Made by a program: the position numbers and the translations under genes. Source: Candidatus Zhuqueibacterota bacterium (GTDB lineage Bacteria > Zhuqueibacterota > Zhuqueibacteria > Thermofontimicrobiales > Thermofontimicrobiaceae). From it: 64,000 nt of DNA. The notes beneath the pieces are model-generated. The model saw nothing but the letters and a program-made list of their open reading frames with translations, was not told the origin of the DNA and searched no databases. The stretch lies in contig JBMOPW010000045.1 in assembly GCA_049322915.1 (NCBI GenBank), forward strand, positions 72,206 through 136,205. The letters run 5' to 3'. Below, piece after piece: positions 38,176-48,300 of the stretch; positions within the stretch are counted from its first letter, which is position 1; each line of letters opens with the position of its first letter.

Positions 38176-39276
38176 TTAATACCTCACAATTTTTACCTTC
38201 TTTTTCAACTGTTCATAATTGATTTTTGACTGGGTGAACTCATCCAATGTTTTTTTCTGAATTCTCATAACGCTCTTTGTGTAGTTTTTATTCATGAACG
38301 TGTTGTGCAAATTCAAAGCCACTTCCAGCCATTCATCCTGCTTCAGGTTCCGCAGCGTGTGACCATAGTTTGAAATAATGTGAATCAGTTTATCTTCCAC
38401 CTTGTAAAGGTTTTCTTCAGCCAGGTCGGGGTTGGGTATTTTGTCTTCAAATGTGACTGACGGAGCGCCATCTTTGTACAGCGAGCGAAGATACATCTGA
38501 ACGCTCTGCGTGGCCGGGCTTAAATCCGTGATGAAAATCGCGCCGTAACCCTGAAAATAAATTCCCCTTACATCGCCGGAAGTGAGGAGAGCGACGTTTT
38601 TATTCCGGTGCTCCAGCGATGTCTGGATGACATTGGACATGATTGAAATATCCTCGTCCACTGAATTTATTTCATCAAAATTAATCTGATTTATGAAGCT
38701 CTCCGCGGTCAATTTTTCCTGGGTGCGATCCAGAATATCTTTCATCGACACCGATGCAATGAGTTGCCGGAATTGCTCGTCCGAGCCATCGACGTCAGCG
38801 CGATACCAGGTTGAAAAATGCCCATTGAAGTCCACAATGAGGGTAATTTTTTCCTGGGGTGGCAGTTCTTTGAAAGCGAATGCCCATTCCGAATAGAAAC
38901 GGACAATGCGCTCTTTTAACGTTTTAATCTCCTCTTCGTGGGACTTCGGCGTTGCGCTGCCATCGTTCAGAATGTACACTCCTTTCGTAACCGCCTCTGT
39001 CTTTCCTTCTTTGGTCAGCGTCAATACTCGCGTATCGAGAGAGGAATAGCCCACATTGAAAATAATTCCATAATCCTTGAGATAGTATCCTTTCGAATTG
39101 CTGCTCCAGAAATTGAAATTTCCCCTGCCCGGGGTGATAATTTTATCCAGCACAGTTTCCATGATTTCAATGTTTTCCAATAGCGACTCCTCTGCGTGCT
39201 GCGCCATTCCCGGGGTGAGCGCCACAAAGAAGATCACAGAGAAAAGTGAAAATTTTTTCAGTAAATTGAAGACCAT
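38176..39276 (-). CDS. Exported hypothetical protein with two internal homologous halves
   Basis: AGGAGG RBS, signal peptide; last gene of the ECF unit. Confidence 0.7.
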   Translation of the reverse strand: MVFNLLKKFSLFSVIFFVALTPGMAQHAEESLLENIEIMETVLDKIITPGRGNFNFWSSNSKGYYLKDYGIIFNVGYSSLDTRVLTLTKEGKTEAVTKGVYILNDGSATPKSHEEEIKTLKERIVRFYSEWAFAFKELPPQEKITLIVDFNGHFSTWYRADVDGSDEQFRQLIASVSMKDILDRTQEKLTAESFINQINFDEINSVDEDISIMSNVIQTSLEHRNKNVALLTSGDVRGIYFQGYGAIFITDLSPATQSVQMYLRSLYKDGAPSVTFEDKIPNPDLAEENLYKVEDKLIHIISNYGHTLRNLKQDEWLEVALNLHNTFMNKNYTKSVMRIQKKTLDEFTQSKINYEQLKKKVKIVRY

Positions 39277-39292
39277 TTTTATCCTCCTATTT

Positions 39293-39973
39293 TCACTTTC
39301 TGTTTTGAGCGTTGATTTGTCGGATCCACTCATTTAAAGAATGCTCCGTACTTCGGATTTTCTGCGAGGTAGTCTTTTCGATATTATCCAGGCCGGCGCC
39401 CAGAATTTGCAAATCATTATAGCGTCGCTGTTCCAGATTCTGGTTGAACTGGGCCAGCGTGGTATTCCATTCGGTTTTCTGCCGGGCTTCGCTCTGCTGG
39501 ATGAGACTGTTCACCAGATAATAATTTTGCTTTTGAAATTCCTCGACCCACTCCTTGCTTGGAACGGCTGCCTGAGCCGGCTGCTGCTGAGGCTGAGAGA
39601 ACAAACTCATGCTGATTGAAAATTCACCGCTCTTGTATGAAATTTTCGTATTGGCAATTGCCATGAGCAAGAACACGGTGGCAAAGCCAAATGCAAAACC
39701 ATACGCCAGCTTTTTAGGACTGGGCCAGAACGAAGCCCAACCTTTTCTGAAGTTTTCGAACCAGGTCGATGTCCGGGGATTCAGGGTGACGTTGAAATCC
39801 GGTTCGATATCTTCCCATTTCTGAAGTATGTGGGACGTACTTTTCAGCATGTCCATTTCCTGTCGACATGCGTCGCAATGGGAGAGATGTGCTTCAACAA
39901 TCTTTCGATCCTCATCGGATATCTCTTCATAAAGAAAATCTAACATGAAGGGTCGAATGTCTTCACACTTCAT
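39293..39973 (-). CDS. Zinc-finger (ZAS) anti-sigma factor
   Basis: HLSHCDAC (HxxxCxxC) plus one TM helix. Confidence 0.88.
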   Translation of the reverse strand: MKCEDIRPFMLDFLYEEISDEDRKIVEAHLSHCDACRQEMDMLKSTSHILQKWEDIEPDFNVTLNPRTSTWFENFRKGWASFWPSPKKLAYGFAFGFATVFLLMAIANTKISYKSGEFSISMSLFSQPQQQPAQAAVPSKEWVEEFQKQNYYLVNSLIQQSEARQKTEWNTTLAQFNQNLEQRRYNDLQILGAGLDNIEKTTSQKIRSTEHSLNEWIRQINAQNRK

Positions 39974-40568
39974 AATTAAGCACCTCCTCATTTATGTGCC
40001 ATTGTTCAAATATTTTTCTCAATCCGTTAAGTCCGTAGTACATGCGGGACTTGATGGTGTTGATCGGCTGATTCAAGGCCTCTGCAATTTCCTTGAATTT
40101 CAAGCCCTGGTATTCCTTCATGATGATAACAATGCGTTGGTCCTCAGGCAATTGCTGCAACGCCTTCTGGATAATTTGTCCAATTTGTTTTTTGTTCATT
40201 GCTGCATCCGGTTGATACATGTCAGATTCCTGCAACTGATCCGGAATCCGATGGCCATTTTCTTCAGAATTTTCATGGAGCATATCGATAGATACGAAAT
40301 CCCGGCTGCTCAACCGTTTCAACTCATCCTTGCACAGGTTGGCGGCGATTTGATATATCCATGACGAGAATCGGTTCGGATCCCGAAGTTTTTTTAAATT
40401 TTTATAGACGCGAATGAAAGTTTTTTGAGTGATGTCACGGGCCAGTTCTTTGTCATTCAAGTAACGATAGGCGAAATTATAGATCGGTTTTTCCCACTGC
40501 CAGACGAGCGTATTGAATAACGAACCATCTCCTTCGATGATCTGGCTGATCAATTGTGCATCGGTCAT
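39963..40568 (-). CDS. ECF sigma factor
   Basis: DITQKTFIRVY, FSSWIYQIAAN, EIAEAL...TIKSRM. Confidence 0.93.
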   Translation of the reverse strand: MTDAQLISQIIEGDGSLFNTLVWQWEKPIYNFAYRYLNDKELARDITQKTFIRVYKNLKKLRDPNRFSSWIYQIAANLCKDELKRLSSRDFVSIDMLHENSEENGHRIPDQLQESDMYQPDAAMNKKQIGQIIQKALQQLPEDQRIVIIMKEYQGLKFKEIAEALNQPINTIKSRMYYGLNGLRKIFEQWHINEEVLNYEV

Positions 40569-40704
40569 AAGTCCTCATAACCATTAGAATTCTCAATGTC
40601 TACTGTTAAGACAGCCACTGCCCGCGAAAAGTTTTACTGATAGGTTGTAATTTTAGTTTCATCACGAGGCGATTTGGCGGCGGTTGGTCGAGACGCGTTG
40701 AAAT

Positions 40705-40737
40705 AAAAAAAGCTGCCCTTTTGATAGGCAGCTTTTT
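40705..40737 (-). terminator. Rho-independent terminator
   Basis: AAAAAAGCTGCC...GGCAGCTTTTT. Confidence 0.7.
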
Positions 40738-40794
40738 AATTCTGAAATTTCAGATCGTTCCGGGAGCAGACTCCCGAAGTAGTTCAATCCTGAG

Positions 40795-41766
40795 CTACTT
40801 CATGAACATCATTTTCAAAGTGGAAATTTGATCCTGAGCCACGAGACGGCAGAAATAAATACCCGAGCCCACGACGATACCGCTGTTATCGCGGCCATCC
40901 CAGGTTGCGGAATACTGCCCTGCGGTTTGCTTGCCAATGAACAGCGTGCGCACCAACTCGCCGAGTGAGTTGTAGATGTTCAATTGGACATCGGTCACCC
41001 CGACCAGCCCATTTCCAATTTTGTAGTTAATGGTTGTTTCCGGATTGAATGGATTGGGATAATTCTTTTCCAGCATAAACTCTGCGGGAGCAGCGATCAC
41101 CACCATTTTTTCACTTGAAATTTCGAACGAACCATCCTGGTCGATTTGTCGCAGGCGGTAGTAATAGGTTCCCGAGGTCACGTTGCCATCGGAGAAATTG
41201 TAACGCTGCGGCGCCGCCGTGGTGCCGTTGCCAGGGACAAAACCAATTTTATCGTATTCGTGGGTTTGGCTTTTTCGCTGAATTTCAAAACCAAAATTGT
41301 TGGACTCCGTCGCTGTCGACCATGTCAAATTAACTTTTCCGTCATTGGCGGCTGCATCGAAGGAAACAAGTTCCACCGGGACGATAAATTCCAAATGAAG
41401 AGCTGACGCGCCATCGCTGCCGGCGGAAGTCAATGTCACTTCCGCGGTGCCGGTTTCTCCATTGGCAGTATTGGTCACATCCACCTGCAGAACATCGCCA
41501 ACCTGCCACGCAGTTGGGAAATCGCCGCATGCGACATTCCACCAACCGCCGGAATAATCACTGCCGGTTGAATTATGTGTCTGAGTCTCATTGGGTCGCC
41601 CTTTGATAAACGCAATAAATGTGATGTCATTGTTGCCTGGCGTACTTCCATTGGAATTAAAAATTTGGCCGTAAGCCGTATGCTCTGTGCCAGCGACAGC
41701 CGGTTCCAGTTGCAGTCCAATCGCCAAAACCAGCAGTGCTGTAAACATCATGAAAAAATTTTTCAT
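40795..41766 (-). CDS. Small secreted protein with PVEL linker and FlgD-Ig/T9SS-like C-terminal domain
   Basis: AGGAGG RBS; signal peptide; VPVELVSF, YYYRLRQIDQDG, NYPNPFNPET. Confidence 0.85.
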   Translation of the reverse strand: MKNFFMMFTALLVLAIGLQLEPAVAGTEHTAYGQIFNSNGSTPGNNDITFIAFIKGRPNETQTHNSTGSDYSGGWWNVACGDFPTAWQVGDVLQVDVTNTANGETGTAEVTLTSAGSDGASALHLEFIVPVELVSFDAAANDGKVNLTWSTATESNNFGFEIQRKSQTHEYDKIGFVPGNGTTAAPQRYNFSDGNVTSGTYYYRLRQIDQDGSFEISSEKMVVIAAPAEFMLEKNYPNPFNPETTINYKIGNGLVGVTDVQLNIYNSLGELVRTLFIGKQTAGQYSATWDGRDNSGIVVGSGIYFCRLVAQDQISTLKMMFMK

Positions 41767-41812
41767 GCAAACCTCCTGATAATATGTTCTCGTTATTAGT
41801 GTTATTTTCAAT

Positions 41813-44800
41813 TTATTTTGAAAGTATGAGCTTCATCGATTTTTGGAAATTGCCCGATTTCATTTTGCAGAAATAGACGCCCGAACTGACCAGCCGTCCG
41901 AAATTATCCTGACCATTCCAGGTGACCTGATGATAGCCGGCGCCCTGATTTTCGTCGGCCAGCGTTCGAACCAATCGGCCAGAAATATCATAAATCTGCA
42001 CCGTGACAAATGCAGCCTGGGGCAGACCATAGCTGATCTTCGTCTCGGGATTGAACGGATTGGGATAGTTCTGCAGCAGGTTGAATTCTTTGGGCAGCGC
42101 GCTCAGATTCACGCCGGCCACGCGGGTGGCGCCCGTCAATTGAATGGACCCTGCATCGTCCGAACCATCGCTGCTCAGCACAACCACAGCCGAACCGTAC
42201 AAACCATTCTCTTCATTGGTCAATGTCACAATCAGACTATCGCCAATGTTCCAGTTCTCGGCGAAATTGCTCACGCCGACGTACCAGTAATTTTTGTCAA
42301 TGCCAACGCCGACATGACCCGTGGTCAGCACTTGCCCGGGTCGACTGGAAATCCAGGCGCGCAGCGTCAGTTTTTCAACATCGGGGTGCTGAATCTGTCC
42401 GAAGACGGTGTGCGGAATATTGCCGCCAGCCAGCGATTTGTCAGGCCTGAACCCTGCTCCCTGAACCTGTGGCGCAGAGGCAAGTAGTTCGCCTTCGCCG
42501 TAATCGGGCCAGGTTGTCGGGGCTGTGATGCTGATGGAGTAGGGATAACCAGCCCGCACGGCAAAATTATTGAATGGCAATCCCACCACATGGCCCAGCG
42601 TTCCCTGACCAGCCGCGTCCCACAAATAGACGTCGGTGCAGTTGGGAATGTTCACGCCCAACTGGTCGGCGGTGGTCAGTACCGCTTTGGCCAATGGCAC
42701 GCCGATGCGGTTGATGTCCGTGCCGCTGGTAGTGACCAGATTGAAGCTGACATTGTCGTACGAGCCAGCCACAGTCCAGACAGTATCTTTGGTCACGCTG
42801 ACAGAATAGGCATACCCGGGTTGAACCGCGAAATTATTGAACGGAAGCCCTTTGACATGGCCGACCGTGCCCTGACCGCTGGCGTCCCACCAGTAGACAT
42901 CGGAGCAATAGGGAATGGCCTGCGCCAGGTTTTCGGCAGTGGTGATGGATCGACGCGTGTCCGCGGTGTTCATGATCACGACGATGCGGTTAATATCAGT
43001 GCCGCTTGTGGTGACCAACTGGTAGTCGAATTCGCCAGCCACGCTGGAGGGCGCATATTCCCTCGCGGAAACAGCAGTGACCCGATAGAAATAATTGGTC
43101 GCGACATCGCCGACGACATCGGCGCCATTGCCGGTATCGGTCCATTGAATGCCGGCAGTGCCAGCGTCTTCATCGGTGATGTTCGCCGCAATGCGATTGG
43201 TTCCGGCAGCGACATCCGGGACGAAATCGAATGTGGTACCGCGGTACACATTGTAGGTCGGAATGCCGTCGGATTCGGTCCATTCGAGCAGGACGTCATC
43301 GCTCACAACTGAGGCGCGAAGGTCGGAAATCCCGCCAAAATCAGGCACGACCACCTTGCCCCAGCCGTAGATATTATCGCGCCCGGCCGGTCCGAGGTCG
43401 ACGGTACAGGAAGAATACAGATAATTTTTAACATCGTCACTGGTATACGCCGGGAATCGCGACTGAATCAAGGCGCATACTCCGGCAGTGTATGGAGAAG
43501 AGAGTGACGTTCCCTGCCAGTAACCAAATGCGAAGCTATTGCAGCTATCAGGCGCTGACACATCCGGTTTCAGCGTGCCATTGGTCGTCGGCCCCTGGCC
43601 GCTGAAATACTCCTGGGGTCCGGCCTCGTACGAATCGCGGGCAATCGCGCCAACTGTAACCACTTCCGCCAGCGAGCCCGGATCAGTGACGCTGCTTTCG
43701 ACAACGTGATAGCTCAGTCCGAGGGCCGCGAAAATTGTAAAATCGACATTTACCGTCGCAGAGTATTTATGAACCGCGATTGCATAGCGACCGTCCACCT
43801 CAAGATTCACGTGATAGAGAGATTCAGTCGGTTCTTGCTCCCCGGTTTGTCTCGTCTTTGAACTGGCAGCCACTTCCCAGGTCGAAGAGGAAGAATTCCA
43901 TTTGTACAAATATAAATCATAATCCTGAGAAGTCGTCGGGTAATCATCCCAGTTCATCCAAATCTGAAAGTAATAGAATCTCGGCAGGAGCCAGACATAG
44001 CCAGGTTCCGGGCCGAATGCATTGATCTTCCCGCCGGCGCCAGTGAAGTCGTGATAATTATCCACTGTTGGCGTGAATACCGCCCGATAATGGTCCTCGG
44101 CATGATTCCCTGATGAATTGACCCACGTGATGCCGCTCGCGATAGCCTCGGCAACGATATCGCACGCAGGGCCCGTGCCATCGTAGTAGGATTGCAAAAA
44201 CCAGCTCATGGAGTGATTCACAATTTGAACGCCATTTGCGATACAGGCGTCCTTTGCATTTTCAAGGTCGGTCAGATCATCAATTTTATACAGATAAAAT
44301 TGGGCATGAGGAACAATATCGTAAACAGCCTCAGCCACAGCGGTCCCATGTTCGGTATCTGTTTGCAGCCCTGAACCGGAAAAATCCTGGCTGGTGTAGG
44401 TCGCTGGAATATCGCCGTTGCTCTGGGCGTCGGTTAATTTTTCAAAACCGCCGTCAATGATGGCGACTTTGACTCCGGCGCCCTGATACCCTTCTGCCTG
44501 CCAGGTATCGGCATTCATCAGCGCGATGCCTTCGCTCTGGATGGCGTCAGGAACGGGTTTAACCTGCTCTTTCACCATACCGATCCGCGCCAATTTTTCT
44601 GCAAAATTTTCCAGGCGGGCGATGGGCACCAGCACTCGCATCGAATGGCGGGCTCTTGCCTGAACCACAGCCTGCACCTGACCAAAATCTTGTCCGTCGA
44701 AGACTTCCGTTGTCTTTCCAGCTTTGGGCATGAGCGTCACCACGACTTTATCTCCCTGCACCTTGATGTTTGCCCGGTCGGCATAAGTGCGGTAGTCCTG

Positions 44801-44995
44801 GTTTTGCTGAAAGGTATCTACAAGCTTTTTCAAAGCCGGGGGTAAAATAGATCGGTCCGTATTGCTTTCAATGCTCGTTACGTTCTTGATCTGAAAACTA
44901 TCCATTCTGCCCACTTTCAAATTTTGGGCAAAAATAAAATTTACAATCATGAAACTCAACATTGGTATAAAAAAATTCGTCACCCTTTGATGCAT
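41813..44995 (-). CDS. Secreted S8 (subtilisin-like) serine peptidase with modular C-terminus
   Basis: AIIDGG (Asp), EHGTAVA (His), NSSGN, GTSLSSP (Ser); NYPNPFNPET C-terminal domain. Confidence 0.9.
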   Translation of the reverse strand: MHQRVTNFFIPMLSFMIVNFIFAQNLKVGRMDSFQIKNVTSIESNTDRSILPPALKKLVDTFQQNQDYRTYADRANIKVQGDKVVVTLMPKAGKTTEVFDGQDFGQVQAVVQARARHSMRVLVPIARLENFAEKLARIGMVKEQVKPVPDAIQSEGIALMNADTWQAEGYQGAGVKVAIIDGGFEKLTDAQSNGDIPATYTSQDFSGSGLQTDTEHGTAVAEAVYDIVPHAQFYLYKIDDLTDLENAKDACIANGVQIVNHSMSWFLQSYYDGTGPACDIVAEAIASGITWVNSSGNHAEDHYRAVFTPTVDNYHDFTGAGGKINAFGPEPGYVWLLPRFYYFQIWMNWDDYPTTSQDYDLYLYKWNSSSSTWEVAASSKTRQTGEQEPTESLYHVNLEVDGRYAIAVHKYSATVNVDFTIFAALGLSYHVVESSVTDPGSLAEVVTVGAIARDSYEAGPQEYFSGQGPTTNGTLKPDVSAPDSCNSFAFGYWQGTSLSSPYTAGVCALIQSRFPAYTSDDVKNYLYSSCTVDLGPAGRDNIYGWGKVVVPDFGGISDLRASVVSDDVLLEWTESDGIPTYNVYRGTTFDFVPDVAAGTNRIAANITDEDAGTAGIQWTDTGNGADVVGDVATNYFYRVTAVSAREYAPSSVAGEFDYQLVTTSGTDINRIVVIMNTADTRRSITTAENLAQAIPYCSDVYWWDASGQGTVGHVKGLPFNNFAVQPGYAYSVSVTKDTVWTVAGSYDNVSFNLVTTSGTDINRIGVPLAKAVLTTADQLGVNIPNCTDVYLWDAAGQGTLGHVVGLPFNNFAVRAGYPYSISITAPTTWPDYGEGELLASAPQVQGAGFRPDKSLAGGNIPHTVFGQIQHPDVEKLTLRAWISSRPGQVLTTGHVGVGIDKNYWYVGVSNFAENWNIGDSLIVTLTNEENGLYGSAVVVLSSDGSDDAGSIQLTGATRVAGVNLSALPKEFNLLQNYPNPFNPETKISYGLPQAAFVTVQIYDISGRLVRTLADENQGAGYHQVTWNGQDNFGRLVSSGVYFCKMKSGNFQKSMKLILSK
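41826..43324 (-). repeat. ~1.5-kb direct repeat, copy 1 (shared C-terminal cassette)
   Basis: Colinear with 45366-46864 (offset 3540); 42321-42829 appears identical by eye. Confidence 0.95.
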
Positions 44996-45352
44996 ATTTT
45001 CCTCCGAGTTGTGGACGGTATGAACTGCTCCAGGTCGTTTCCATGAATTAGGTCATTTGGAGGATGGAGCCAGTCACATCGACCGTGCGCGTCTGAATGG
45101 TTCAATTCATAACAGGAAAAATTACCGGCAAATATTAATAAATGCTGAAATAAAAATTGCTATTATTTAACTAAATGACTGAGGACAGATTCAAAAAACC
45201 GACCCGATAAGAAATGCTCGTTCGTGGAAATTCTGCCTTACTATTTTTGAATTAAAAAGGCAGGCCCGGTACAGGGCACTGCCTTATCGTGTCGAAAAAA
45301 CTTTTCCTCACAAGGTCATGTCGACTTACTTTTCGTCAACATTCCCTTTCGA

Positions 45353-48300
45353 TCATTTGGCAAAAATGAGCTTCATCGATTTTTGGAAATTGCCCGATTT
45401 CATTTTGCAGAAATAGACGCCCGAACTGACCAGCCGTCCGAAATTATCCTGACCATTCCAGGTGACCTGGTGATAGCCGGCGCCCTGATTTTCGTCGGCC
45501 AGCGTTCGAACCAATCGGCCCGAAATATCATAAATCTGAACCGTGACAAATGCAGTCTGGGGCAGACCATAGCTGATCTTCGTCTCGGGATTGAACGGAT
45601 TGGGATAGTTCTGCAGCAGGTTGAATTCTTTGGGCAGCTCGCTCAGATTCACGCCAGCCACGCGGGTGGCGCCGGTCAATTGAATGGACCCTGCATCGTC
45701 CGAACCATCGCTGCTCAGCACAACCACAGCCGAACCGTACAAACCATTCTCTTCATCGGTCAATGTCACAATCAGACTATCGCCAATGTTCCAGTTCGCG
45801 GCGAAATTGCTCACGCCGACGTACCAGTAATTTTTGTCAATGCCAACGCCGACTTGACCTGTGGTCAGCACTTGCCCGGGTCGACTGGAAATCCAGGCGC
45901 GCAGCGTCAGTTTTTCAACATCGGGGTGCTGAATCTGTCCGAAGACGGTGTGCGGAATATTGCCGCCAGCCAGCGATTTGTCAGGCCTGAACCCTGCTCC
46001 CTGAACCTGTGGCGCAGAGGCAAGTAGTTCGCCTTCGCCGTAATCGGGCCAGGTTGTCGGGGCTGTGATGCTGATGGAGTAGGGATAACCAGCCCGCACG
46101 GCAAAATTATTGAATGGCAATCCCACCACATGGCCCAGCGTTCCCTGACCAGCCGCGTCCCACAAATAGACGTCGGTGCAGTTGGGAATGTTCACGCCCA
46201 ACTGGTCGGCGGTGGTCAGTACCGCTTTGGCCAATGGCACGCCGATGCGGTTGATGTCCGTGCCGCTGGTAGTGACCAGATTGAAGCTGACATTGTCGTA
46301 CGAGCCAGCCACAGTCCAGACAGTATCTTTGGTCACGCTGACAGAATAGGCATACCCGGGTTGAACCGCAAAATTATTGAACGGCAGCCCTTTGACATGG
46401 CCGACCGTGCCCTGACCGCTGGCGTCCCACCAGTAAACATCGGAGCAATAGGGAATGGCCTGCGCCAGGTTTTCGGCAGTGGCGATGGATCGGCGCGTGT
46501 CCGCGGTGTTCATGATCAAAACGATGCGGTTGATATCGGTGCCGCTTGTGGTGACCAACTGGTAGTCGAATTCGCCTGCCACGTTGGAGGGTTCAAATTC
46601 TTCGCCGGAGACGGCTGTGACTTTGTAGAAGTAGTTCGTAGCGACATCGCCGACGACATTGGCGCCATTGCCGGTATCGGTCCATTGAATGCCGGCCGTG
46701 CCAGCGTCTTCATCGGTGATGTTCGCCGCAATGCGATTGGTTCCGGCAGCGACATCCGGGACGAAATCGAATGTGGTACCGCGGTACACATTGTAGGTGG
46801 TGATTCCTTCGGCAGCGCTCCATTCCAGTAAAATATTCTCTGTCATATTGGATGCGCGAAGGTCCGTGATGCTGACACCGACTTTGGTGAAATTAGCTGT
46901 CACGGTCTCATTGGAATTCATTGTGACTGTGGTCTCATCGTCATTGGCATCAGCGACATTCCCTGACCAGTTTTGAAATTCATAACCGGGATTCGCTGTG
47001 GCATTTATATCGACGATGGTTCCTGCGTCATAAGGATGGTCTCCGGGAGTTGGCGCAGTGGTTCCGCCCGCAACCGGATTGGCAACCATTGTAAGCGTGT
47101 AGACGATCTGCGAAATGGTGAACACAGCGTCGCTCTGATCCGCTGGCGTGCCGTCGGTGTCCGATACTTTCACGAGACATGTCGCTGACGGCGCATTGGG
47201 AATTGTCCAGTCGAACGAGCCGTCGTCCGTTGTCGAAGCAGTGACATCGGCCCAGTTAGCGCCGTTGTCCGTGCTGTATTCGATGTGCACGTTGCCACTG
47301 GTTTTATTCGAAGTCCAGGTGATGGCATGGCTGGAACCGACTTCCCAGTCTTCTGCGCCATTGGGCGCGGTGACGGTGATGAACGGCGTCTGCGAAATAG
47401 TGAAAACTGCGTCGCTCTGATCCGTGGGCGTGCCGTCGGTGTCCGATACTTTCACGAGACAATTTGCCGATGGCGCATTGGGAATTGTCCAGTCAAAGGA
47501 GCCATCGTCGGTTGTGGACGCAGTGACGTCAGCCCAGTTAGAGCCGCTGTCGGTGCTGTATTCGATGTGCACTGTGCCGCTGGTACTTTCTGACGTCCAG
47601 GTGATGGATTGACTGGTCCCGACTTCCCAGTCTTCTGCGCCATTCGGTGCGGTCACGGTTATTGATGCTACTTCTGATATTGTGAACGTTGCATCACTCT
47701 CGTCTGATGGATCGCTATCCGTGTCAGTCACGCGCACGAGGCAGAGGGTCGATGGCGCATTGGGCACCGTCCAGGTATAGCTGCCGTCGTCCGTTGTTGA
47801 AGCTACAACGTCAGCCCAGTTGGAGCCGTTGTCCGTGCTGTATTCGATGTGCACCGTGCCGCTGGTTTCATCGGAACTCCATGTAATATCGTGACTGCTG
47901 CCAATCTGCCAGTCTTCGCCACCGTTGGGCGAAGTCACTGCAATGCTCTCGCCGCCAGCGGCTTCGGTGATGGTCAGAATTTGATCGACCGCAACATTGG
48001 TCAGAGTCTGAATAATACCGGACGGCCACTCCACTTTTATTTCACTGATGGTCGTTGCATTACCCAAACCGAAGTGCGCTTGAAGGCTATTGTGACTTGC
48101 GTAGCCTGTCTCAGTATTGATATCGCGCAACTGCCAGACTACGGAAGAGTTGATCGTGGCTTTCACTTTCACTTTGGCGCCGATGCCTGCTTTGTTGGAA
48201 ACAGTGCCGGCGCAATTGATGGTGATCCAGTGGTTGGTGTTGCCCAAATTGGGGCTGTTGTTTTCGTAGAGCATGTTAGCGCCGTAACGAGAGGTTACCA

